14,381 nt of DNA, taken from the NCBI GenBank assembly GCA_043779265.1, contig JAYWEM010000019.1:1-14381 (forward strand), in the 5' to 3' direction. This document shows, piece by piece, positions 1-7,074 of the stretch (the stretch's first letter is position 1; every line of letters starts with the position of its first letter). Under the pieces are notes generated by a model, which made no database searches, was not told where the DNA came from, and was given only the letters and a program-made list of their open reading frames with translations. Both the position numbers and the translations under genes were made by a program. This DNA comes from a bacterium. Lineage in GTDB: Bacteria; Eisenbacteria; RBG-16-71-46.

Positions 1-1
1 G

Positions 2-1288
2 GAGTTGCTCGAGCAGGTCATCGCCGACGTGCCTCCGCCCTCGGGCGACATCCATGCGCCCTTCCGCGCCCTGATCTTCGATTCCAAATTCGACCAGTAC
101 CGCGGTGTCGTCTGCCTCGTGCGCGTCGTGGATGGCATCGTGAAGGCCGGAGACTCGATCCGGTTCCACTCGACGGAGAAGATCCACGAGGTGAGTGAGG
201 TCGGGAAGCTGCGGCTCAAGCTGGAGTCGACTCGCGAACTGCACGCGGGGCAGGTCGGCTACATCGTGGCCGGTGTGAAGGGCGTGTCCGACGCGCGCGT
301 CGGCGACACCATCATGGCCGACGTCGAGGAGACGCTTCTGCCGCTCTCGGGCTTCCGCAAGACACAATCGATGGTGTTCTCGGGTCTCTATCCGATCGAC
401 GCGGAGCAGTACGAGTCATTGAAGGAGGCGCTGGCCAGACTGCAGTTGAACGATGCGTCGCTGCGCTATGAGCCGGAGACCTCGGTCGCGCTCGGATTCG
501 GATTCCGCGTCGGGTTCCTGGGGCTGTTGCATCTCGAGATCATCCAGGAGCGTCTGCGTCGCGAGTTCCAGATCGACCTGCTCGCCACGACGCCGAGCGT
601 CGAGTACCACGTGCTGCTCACGAACGGCGATCTGATCAAGGTCGACAACCCGAGCCAGATGCCGACCGTCCAGATGATCGAGACGATCGAGGAGCCGATG
701 GTGCTCGCGCATGTCGTGACGCCGACCGAGTACCTCGGCAACATCTACAAGCTCTGCCAGGATCGGCGCGGTGAGTTCGTGGACTCGGAACACATCGAGG
801 AGGACCGCGTCCGACTCGGCTACAAGCTCCCGCTCGGCGAGATCGTGCTCGACTTCTATGATCGCCTGAAGTCGGTCTCACGCGGCTACGCCTCGCTCGA
901 CTACGAACTCACCGGGTATCAGGACGCCGAAGTGGTCAAGCTCGACATCCTCCTCAACGGCGAGCAGGTGGACGCGCTCTCGGCCATCGTCCATCGCGAC
1001 AAGGCCCAGTCCTATGGCGCCTCGCTGTGTGGGAAGCTCAAGGACCTGATTCCGAGGCAGATGTTCCAGGTCGCGATCCAGGCGTCCATCGGAGGCAAGA
1101 TCATCGCCCGCGAGACCATCGGGGCGATGCGGAAGAACGTGATCGCCAAGTGTTACGGCGGTGACATCTCGCGCAAGCGCAAGCTCCTCGAGAAACAGAA
1201 GGAGGGCAAGCGCCGTATGAAGCAGATCGGGACGGTGGAAGTGCCACAAGAGGCCTTCCTCGCCGTGCTCAAGGTGGATCGGGCGTAG
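2..1288 (+). CDS. lepA: Translation elongation factor 4 (LepA), 5'-truncated by the window edge
   Basis: Frame is open from base 2. Motifs ALIFDSKFDQYRGV, LQLNDASL, ALGFGFRVGFLGLLHLEIIQERL, LKSVSRGYASLDY and the LepA C-terminal KCYGGDISRKRKLLEKQKEGKRRMKQIG..EVPQEAF are present. Most of the G domain lies upstream of the window. Confidence 0.98.
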   Translation, partial: ELLEQVIADVPPPSGDIHAPFRALIFDSKFDQYRGVVCLVRVVDGIVKAGDSIRFHSTEKIHEVSEVGKLRLKLESTRELHAGQVGYIVAGVKGVSDARVGDTIMADVEETLLPLSGFRKTQSMVFSGLYPIDAEQYESLKEALARLQLNDASLRYEPETSVALGFGFRVGFLGLLHLEIIQERLRREFQIDLLATTPSVEYHVLLTNGDLIKVDNPSQMPTVQMIETIEEPMVLAHVVTPTEYLGNIYKLCQDRRGEFVDSEHIEEDRVRLGYKLPLGEIVLDFYDRLKSVSRGYASLDYELTGYQDAEVVKLDILLNGEQVDALSAIVHRDKAQSYGASLCGKLKDLIPRQMFQVAIQASIGGKIIARETIGAMRKNVIAKCYGGDISRKRKLLEKQKEGKRRMKQIGTVEVPQEAFLAVLKVDRA

Positions 1289-1303
1289 GGCCCGGGGGGA
1301 GTC

Positions 1304-1921
1304 ATGCCGAGACGGCCTGCTGAGAAGTCCATTGTCCGCGAGTACACCGAGGCCATCGTGTGGGCCGTGGCGCTCACGCTTTTCCTGCGCGCCTTCGTGA
1401 TCCAGGCATTCCGGATCCCTTCCGAGTCCATGATGAACACGCTGCTGGTTGGCGACTTCCTGTTCGTCAACAAATTCGAGTACGGCCCGAAGCTGCCGTT
1501 CACCCATACGCGGCTTCCGGGGCTGCGCCAGCCACAGCGCGGTGACGTCATCGTCTTCCAGTACCCGCTCGACCCGAGCAAGGACTACATCAAGCGCTGT
1601 GTCGCCAAGGGCGGGCAGAGCGTCGAGGGGCGGGGCACCGAGGTGTTCGTCAACGGCCAGCCCGTGACCGAGCCCTACGCCCAATTCACCAATGGCGGTG
1701 AACCGCATGGCTCGTTCGACCCGGTCACCATCCCCGACGGCGAACTCTTCATGATGGGCGACAATCGGGACAACTCCCAGGACAGCCGGTTCTGGGGCAC
1801 CGTTCCCATGGATCTCGTGAAGGGACGCGCGATGTTCATCTACTTCTCGACGGCAGGGGACCAGTGGTGGAACGCGTTCCTCAACATCCGGTTCGATCGC
1901 CTGTTCCGACCGATCCGCTGA
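1304..1921 (+). CDS. lepB: Signal peptidase I
   Basis: One N-terminal hydrophobic helix, catalytic Ser box IPSESM, GDFLFVNK, RGDVIVF, catalytic Lys box DYIKR and GDNRDNSQDSRFWG. G-rich RBS (GGGGGGAG) before the ATG. Classic position after lepA. Confidence 0.97.
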   Translation: MPRRPAEKSIVREYTEAIVWAVALTLFLRAFVIQAFRIPSESMMNTLLVGDFLFVNKFEYGPKLPFTHTRLPGLRQPQRGDVIVFQYPLDPSKDYIKRCVAKGGQSVEGRGTEVFVNGQPVTEPYAQFTNGGEPHGSFDPVTIPDGELFMMGDNRDNSQDSRFWGTVPMDLVKGRAMFIYFSTAGDQWWNAFLNIRFDRLFRPIR

Positions 1922-1938
1922 TCGACGGCCCATCGCGC

Positions 1939-3171
1939 GTGGTGCGCGACGCCGCGCAGCGAGGGCTGTACGTGCATGTGCCGTTCTGCTCGGTACGCTG
2001 CACGTACTGCCACTTCTCGACGGGCGCGCTGACCTCGGCCAAACTCGAACAGTGGTTCGTCGCGCTGGAGGTCGAGTGCAGGCGCCGCGCGCCGGCGGCG
2101 GCGGACGCCGCGTTCACCAGCGTGTTCTTCGGTGGCGGCACGCCCTCGACGCTCGCCTCGCGCCACTTCCGCCAGTTGTGGTCGCTGCTGCGGGATCACT
2201 TCACGCTCGCCCCGGATGCCGAGATCACGCTCGAGGCGAATCCCGAGACGGTGAAGCCGAGCCTGCTCGAGACCTGGCTCGAGTCGGGCGTGAACCGACT
2301 CTCGATGGGAGCGCAGAGTTTCGAGCCCGAGGAGTTGCGGGCGCTGGGCCGCGTGCATGGGGCGGAGCGGCCGCTCGTGGCGGCCGCGCTCGCCAAGGCG
2401 CATGGCATGCAGCGCACCTCACTCGACCTGATGTTCGGTTACCCAGGATCGACGACGTCGGTATTCGGACGCACGCTCGACCGCGCGCTCGAAGCCGGAG
2501 TCGATCATCTCTCGGTCTATTCCTTCATCCCCGAGGCGGGCACGCCGATGGGCGACGCGGTGCTGGCCGGCACCCTGGCGATCCCCGACGAGGACGCCCA
2601 GGCCGATCTGTACGCTCAGGCGACTGCACGCCTCGCCGCGGCCGGCCTCGCGAACTACGAGACCTCCAACTTCGCACGGCCGCTCGCCGAGGCCCGCCAC
2701 AATCTCGTCTACTGGCTGGGACGCGACCACCTCTCGCTCGGCCCTTCGGCGCACGGGTTCTGGCAGGGCGAGCGCTACGCGAATCACTACGGGCTCGAGG
2801 ACTGGGCCGCGGACCTCGCGAACGGGAGGAGCGGGGAGTCGGAGCGCGAGCGGCCCTCGAACGAGGCGCGTGCCGATGAGCGGCTGATGCTGGCGCTCCG
2901 GCTCGGTACCGGGCTGCAGCCATCGGATGTCCCGGAGGCGGCGTGGGGTTCGCTTCTCGAGCGCCACCATGAGGGGCTCGAGGCAGCAGCTTCGGCGGGG
3001 AGGCTCGAACCCTTCGAGGCGGGATGGCGAGTCAAGCCGGAGCACCGGTTCGTCGCGGACGACATCATCGCGTGGATCGCCGCTCGGGCGAGGCCTTTGG
3101 AAGTTGACAGTGTTTCAGGCGGCTCCCTAAAGTCCTCGTCATGTCCAACCCCGCTTTCCCCGGCCGCCTGA
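1939..3171 (+). CDS. hemW: Radical SAM heme chaperone HemW (HemN-like); start uncertain (GTG 1939/1942, or CTG 1918/ATC 1921)
   Basis: LYVHVPFCSVRCTYC (CxxxCxxC), FFGGGTPS, EITLEANP, NRLSMGAQSF, YETSNF and HNLVYW (the HNxxYW motif typical of HemW). Sits between lepA/lepB and hrcA. The ORF-track start at 1864 lies inside lepB and is unlikely. Confidence 0.9.
   Translation: MVRDAAQRGLYVHVPFCSVRCTYCHFSTGALTSAKLEQWFVALEVECRRRAPAAADAAFTSVFFGGGTPSTLASRHFRQLWSLLRDHFTLAPDAEITLEANPETVKPSLLETWLESGVNRLSMGAQSFEPEELRALGRVHGAERPLVAAALAKAHGMQRTSLDLMFGYPGSTTSVFGRTLDRALEAGVDHLSVYSFIPEAGTPMGDAVLAGTLAIPDEDAQADLYAQATARLAAAGLANYETSNFARPLAEARHNLVYWLGRDHLSLGPSAHGFWQGERYANHYGLEDWAADLANGRSGESERERPSNEARADERLMLALRLGTGLQPSDVPEAAWGSLLERHHEGLEAAASAGRLEPFEAGWRVKPEHRFVADDIIAWIAARARPLEVDSVSGGSLKSSSCPTPLSPAA
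3104..3133 (+). promoter_or_regulatory. Sigma70-type promoter for hrcA inside the 3' end of hemW (probably leaderless transcript)
   Basis: Perfect TTGACA (3104-3109), 18-bp spacer, TAAAGT (3128-3133), then 7 nt to the hrcA ATG at 3141. No SD is visible before that ATG. Confidence 0.7.
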
Positions 3172-4187
3172 CCCCGGGGGATCCGGACCTGACCGACCGC
3201 CAACGGGCCGTCTTCACCGCCCTGGTCTCGCTCCACGGTCGCGCCGCAGGCCCCATCAGCTCGGAACGCATCGCTCACGACGAGGCCGTTGAACTATCGG
3301 CCGCGAGCGTGCGCTCGACGCTGTCCGAACTCGAGCTGCTCGGTCTGCTCGGGCGCACCCATGCTTCGTCCGGTCGCGCGCCGACGACCCTCGGCTACGC
3401 GTTCTTCGTGAGAGCGCTGCTCGCCCCCGCGCCGCTGCCCGCCTGGGTCGACCAGGAGATCGATGCGAGGCTCACGCGCTCGACCGAGGATGTCGGACGC
3501 CTGCTGCAGGATGCCTCGCGTTTGCTCGCCTCGCTGACGCGCCAACTCGGATTGGCTCTGGCGGTCACGCTCGAGGACGAGGTCCTCGCCTCGCTCGAAC
3601 TGGAGCCCATCGCCCCTCGCCGTGCACTCCTGTCGCTTTCGCTGGTCGGCGGCGCTGCCCGGAGTCTGGTGCTCGAACTCGACTCGCCGCTCGCACCGCG
3701 AGAACTCGCCGATGTCGAGGACGTCTTGCGCGAGCGTCTCGTCGGTCGCCGACTGGGTGAGATCCGGCAGCGGCTGGGACAGGATCCCGGTCTCGCACGC
3801 GATGCCGCGGTGCGTTGGGTGGCACAGGCGGCTCGGCGCAGTTGGGGGCACGTCGCCTCGACTCCGCTCCTCAGCGCAGGGGCCGCGCATATGGCGGCAC
3901 AACCGGAGTTCGCGCGCGCGTTCTCGCTCGCGCCGGTGCTCGATGCCATCGAGACGGGTGGTCCGCTCGATCGCCTCATGGTGCGGGGCCATCCGGGCCA
4001 GGCGGGTGTGCAGGTCGGTGTCGAGGGCGACGCCGCGCTCGCTCGTTGCAGTCTCGTCTCCTTCTCACTGCCCGGGCGCGTCCCCGGGGCAGTCGGCGTG
4101 CTCGGTCCGCAGCGCATGGACTACGCTCACGCCTTGTCGGTCGTGGAACGCGTGGGGCACCGCGTCGCCGATCTCCTGGCCCATTGA
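3141..4187 (+). CDS. hrcA: Heat-inducible transcription repressor HrcA (divergent)
   Basis: N-terminal winged HTH pattern LTDRQ..V..ALV...GPISS...LSAASVRSTLSELE.LGLL..THASSGRAPT..GY..FV, internal QPEF, C-terminal CSLVS..GAVGVLGPQRMDY. 348 aa. Lies between hemW and grpE and overlaps hemW by 31 bp. Confidence 0.92.
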   Translation: MSNPAFPGRLTPGDPDLTDRQRAVFTALVSLHGRAAGPISSERIAHDEAVELSAASVRSTLSELELLGLLGRTHASSGRAPTTLGYAFFVRALLAPAPLPAWVDQEIDARLTRSTEDVGRLLQDASRLLASLTRQLGLALAVTLEDEVLASLELEPIAPRRALLSLSLVGGAARSLVLELDSPLAPRELADVEDVLRERLVGRRLGEIRQRLGQDPGLARDAAVRWVAQAARRSWGHVASTPLLSAGAAHMAAQPEFARAFSLAPVLDAIETGGPLDRLMVRGHPGQAGVQVGVEGDAALARCSLVSFSLPGRVPGAVGVLGPQRMDYAHALSVVERVGHRVADLLAH

Positions 4188-4200
4188 CCTTCTCCCACTT

Positions 4201-4226
4201 GAGCGGATCCACTGATCCGTCCGCTC
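4201..4226 (+). promoter_or_regulatory. hrcA-grpE intergenic stem-loop
   Basis: GAGCGGA (4201-4207) pairs with TCCGCTC (4220-4226). An alternative inner stem is CGGATC (4204-4209)/GATCCG (4214-4219). No U-tract. Confidence 0.45.
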
Positions 4227-4244
4227 TCCGAGGAACACGTTCCC

Positions 4245-4820
4245 ATGCATGAGGAGTCGCACACCGAGATGACCGAGAACCCTGAAACCGTTCCCCCCGA
4301 TGACGTCGCTTCGGCCGATGAGCCGATGGAGCCGAGCTCTGCCGAGCCGGATGCGCCGGAAGCCACCGGTCCGCCCGCGCCCGAGGATTGGCATGATCGC
4401 TGGCTGCGTGCCGAGGCCGATCTGCAGAACTTCCGTCGTCGTGCCGTTCGTGATCGCGAGGACACGGTCCGATTCGCCGAGGACCGCCTGCTGCTCGAGA
4501 TGGTCGGTGCGATCGATGACCTCGAGCGCGCGCTCGGTGCGGCGGAGGCCGAGTCGGCTGCTGCGGCATGGGCCCAGGGCGTAGCCCTGACCGCGCAGCG
4601 CCTGCGCGATGCGCTCAGTCGCTTCGGCGTCGAGACCATCTCCTCGGTCGGGCAGCCATTCGATCCGATGCGTCACGAGGCGATGCTCGAGATCGACGCG
4701 CCGTCCGGAACCGCACCGGGTGCCGTGGCGCAGGAGGTCCAGCGGGGCTACCGGCGCGGTGAACGCACGCTCCGGCCAGCGCGTGTCGTCGTGGCGCGCA
4801 TTGCAGCGGACGCTGGATGA
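4245..4820 (+). CDS. grpE: Nucleotide exchange factor GrpE
   Basis: Acidic low-complexity N-terminus, LRAEADLQNFRRR, IDDLERAL, GQPFDPMRHEAM, QRGYRRGERTLRPARVVV. GAGGA upstream. An alternative ATG exists at 4269. Confidence 0.96.
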   Translation: MHEESHTEMTENPETVPPDDVASADEPMEPSSAEPDAPEATGPPAPEDWHDRWLRAEADLQNFRRRAVRDREDTVRFAEDRLLLEMVGAIDDLERALGAAEAESAAAAWAQGVALTAQRLRDALSRFGVETISSVGQPFDPMRHEAMLEIDAPSGTAPGAVAQEVQRGYRRGERTLRPARVVVARIAADAG

Positions 4821-5965
4821 GCGCCAAGCGCGACTACTACGAAGTGCTGAGTGCCGCTCGCGGGGCCACCGACGAGGAGTTGAAGAAGGCGTACCGCAAG
4901 GTGGCGATGCAGCATCATCCGGATCGCAACCCCGGTGACGCCGATGCCGAGAAGCGCTTCAAGGAGGCAGCCGAGGCCTACGAAGTCCTCCGCGATCCGC
5001 AGAAGCGCGCGCGCTACGATCAGTTCGGCCACGCGAGCGTCGGCGGGCCCGCCTCGAGCGGAGCTGGCGGTTTCGAGGGCAGTTGGGATCTCGCCGATGC
5101 CCTGAGATCGTTCATGCGGGACTTCGGTGGCGATGGAGGCGTCGAGGACATGTTCGGCGGGGCTTCGCGCGGGCGAAGCGGGCCGGCGCGTGGTGATGAT
5201 CTCCAGGTCCGGCTGCCGCTGACGCTCGAGGAGATCTCGACGGGAGTCGAGAAGAAGATCCGCGTCAAGCACCTCAAGCGCTGTGACACGTGCGAAGGGC
5301 GAGGCGGCAAGGGCGAAGGGAAGTGCGGGCAGTGCCAGGGTCGCGGCCAGGTCCGGCGCGTGCAGCAGACAATCTTCGGGCAGTTCGTGAACGTCTCGGC
5401 TTGCCCGAAGTGCGACGGCGAGGGCAGCACGGTCACCGACCCGTGCAAGTCCTGCGGCGGAGATGGGCGCGTCTCGGAGACCGAGACCGTGTCGGTCAAG
5501 GTGCCGACCGGAGTGGCGAGCGGGAACTACATCCCGCTGCGCGGGCTCGGCGATGCCGGACGCCGTGGCGGCCCCCCGGGCGACCTCATCGTGCACATCG
5601 AGGAAAAGGCACACGACGTCTACGAGCGCCATCAGGAGGATCTCCTGATCGAGATGCCGGTGCCGTATCCGACGCTCGCACTGGGCGGCAAGCTCGAGGT
5701 GCCCCTGTTGGGTGGCGGATCACACACGATCGATGTCTCGGCCGGAACGGCGAGCGGGCAGACGGCGCGAGTCCGCGGCAAGGGGCTCCCGGGCCTGCGC
5801 GGCGGTCGCGGCGATCTGCACGTGCAGTTGCGCGTCTGGGTCCCGACCAAGTTGAACTCGTCCGAGCGCAAACTGCTCGAGGAACTTCGCAAGACCGACG
5901 GCACCAAACCGCCGAAGCCGCATCGCTCGGTGTTCGAGCGAGCCCGAGATGCGTTCTCGGAGTGA
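4817..5965 (+). CDS. dnaJ: Chaperone DnaJ (class A)
   Basis: KRDYYEVL J-domain with HPD, a G/F-rich region, four CxxCxGxG repeats (CDTCEGRG, CGQCQGRG, CPKCDGEG, CKSCGGDG) and C-terminal GDL motifs. ATGA overlap with the grpE stop. Confidence 0.98.
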   Translation: MSAKRDYYEVLSAARGATDEELKKAYRKVAMQHHPDRNPGDADAEKRFKEAAEAYEVLRDPQKRARYDQFGHASVGGPASSGAGGFEGSWDLADALRSFMRDFGGDGGVEDMFGGASRGRSGPARGDDLQVRLPLTLEEISTGVEKKIRVKHLKRCDTCEGRGGKGEGKCGQCQGRGQVRRVQQTIFGQFVNVSACPKCDGEGSTVTDPCKSCGGDGRVSETETVSVKVPTGVASGNYIPLRGLGDAGRRGGPPGDLIVHIEEKAHDVYERHQEDLLIEMPVPYPTLALGGKLEVPLLGGGSHTIDVSAGTASGQTARVRGKGLPGLRGGRGDLHVQLRVWVPTKLNSSERKLLEELRKTDGTKPPKPHRSVFERARDAFSE

Positions 5966-6677
5966 GGCTGCGCCGTCCTTCGTGTTCGTGGAGTCGCTCG
6001 CGATCACGGGGGCGGATCTCGCGTTCGGCGAGGAGGAGTCACGCTACCTGTCGCGCGTGGTTCGCGCGCGAGTCGGTGAGCGGGCCACAGCCACCGATGG
6101 CCGAGGCGGCCGGGCCGAGGTGCGGCTGACCGCGGTCGGGCACTCCTGCTCCGGGCAGATCGAGCGACTCGAGCAAGTCGAGCGTGGGCGAGAGCTGTGC
6201 CTCGCCTGCGGAGCACCCGAGGGCGACCGGGCCGATTGGATGATCGAGAAGCTGGCCGAGCTGGGCGTGGCCACGTTCCAGCCGCTCGACTGTGAGCGGG
6301 GAGGATGGGAGAGGGCGCTGGGTCGGGTCGGTCGTTGGGAGCGGCTCGCCCGGGCCGCCTTGAGGCAGTCCAGGGCCTGCCACAGCCTCTCGCTGCTCCC
6401 GGCCAGGCCTCTCGACGAGTGGCTGGTGAGTCCACTCCCGGAGGCCCGGCTATTGGCTGATCCAGAGGGGACAGCCGCCTCCGGGAGCATGGGCGGCAAG
6501 GCCATGGTCATCGCCATCGGGCCATCAGGTGGATTCTCCCCAGAGGAGAAGAAAGCGCTGCAGGAGAAAGAGTTCGCCTTGCTGTGGCTGGCCGGCTCAA
6601 GGCTCAGGACCGAGACCGCCGCGCTCGCATCGGCCGCATGGTGGTCTTCTTCGGGGGCGCCCGCGCCTCGGAGGTGA
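5949..6677 (+). CDS. rsmE: 16S rRNA m3U1498 methyltransferase RsmE family (SPOUT), with atypical motifs
   Basis: YLSRVVRAR.GE....DG.G, EKLAELGV....PL.CER, IAIGPSGGFSPEE, LRTETAAL. 242 aa. Usual position after dnaJ, with a 17-bp overlap. Confidence 0.9.
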   Translation: MRSRSEAAPSFVFVESLAITGADLAFGEEESRYLSRVVRARVGERATATDGRGGRAEVRLTAVGHSCSGQIERLEQVERGRELCLACGAPEGDRADWMIEKLAELGVATFQPLDCERGGWERALGRVGRWERLARAALRQSRACHSLSLLPARPLDEWLVSPLPEARLLADPEGTAASGSMGGKAMVIAIGPSGGFSPEEKKALQEKEFALLWLAGSRLRTETAALASAAWWSSSGAPAPRR

Positions 6678-6727
6678 GGCCGATGAGCTCGCGTGCCGAT
6701 AGATGCCGTCGAGGCCCGGGCCGAAGC

Positions 6728-6757
6728 TTGACGTTCGCTCCGGGTCCCACCTAGACT
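6728..6757 (+). promoter_or_regulatory. Sigma70-type promoter for rpsU-cvpA-mutS2-dnaG-rpoD
   Basis: TTGACG (6728-6733), 18-bp spacer, TAGACT (6752-6757) in the largest intergenic gap of the + run. Same geometry as the hrcA promoter. Confidence 0.72.
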
Positions 6758-6763
6758 GCGCGG

Positions 6764-6876
6764 CTGCCGAGCCAGAGGGGTACCCAGCTTCATGCGGGGA
6801 GCCCGCCGGCCCATCTGACCAACCCGAATCTCTTCCCTTCACGGAAGACGCAATGTGGAGAGAGGGGGGGATCTTT
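6764..6876 (+). promoter_or_regulatory. Structured ~110-nt 5' leader of rpsU
   Basis: Lies between the predicted TSS (~6764) and the TTG at 6877. Contains a GCGGG/CCCGC stem (6794-6806), a TCTTCC/GGAAGA stem (6831-6848) and a pyrimidine tract complementary to the purine-rich RBS (6855-6872). Confidence 0.5.
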
Positions 6877-7074
6877 TTGCCAGGCATCAGGGTGAAGGAC
6901 GGTGAGTCCTTCGAGAGCGCCCTGCGTCGTTTCAAGAAGAAGTGCGAGAAGGCCGGTATCATGGCCGATCTGCGCCGTCATCAACACTTCGAGAAGCCGA
7001 GCGAACGACGCAAGCGTAAGTTGAACACGGCCAAGCGCAAGAACATGGCGCGCCGTGCACAGGAGAGCTACTGA
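6877..7074 (+). CDS. rpsU: 30S ribosomal protein S21 (bS21), TTG start, 65 aa
   Basis: [48 protein letters not shown] is a typical bS21 sequence. RBS GGAGAGAGGGGGGG (6857-6870) ends 6 nt before the TTG. The longer ORF-track extension crosses the promoter. Confidence 0.96.
   Translation: MPGIRVKDGESFESALRRFKKKCEKAGIMADLRRHQHFEKPSERRKRKLNTAKRKNMARRAQESY

Noticed and set aside
4184..4250. TTGACC / CTTGAG...CCCAT as a sigma70 or sigma32 promoter for grpE
   Set aside because: There is no -10 at sigma70 spacing, and the CTTGA-to-CCCAT distance is far too long for sigma32.
6703..6876. N-terminal extension of bS21 (123-aa ORF)
   Set aside because: It spans the promoter and leader. bS21 similarity and the RBS point to TTG 6877.
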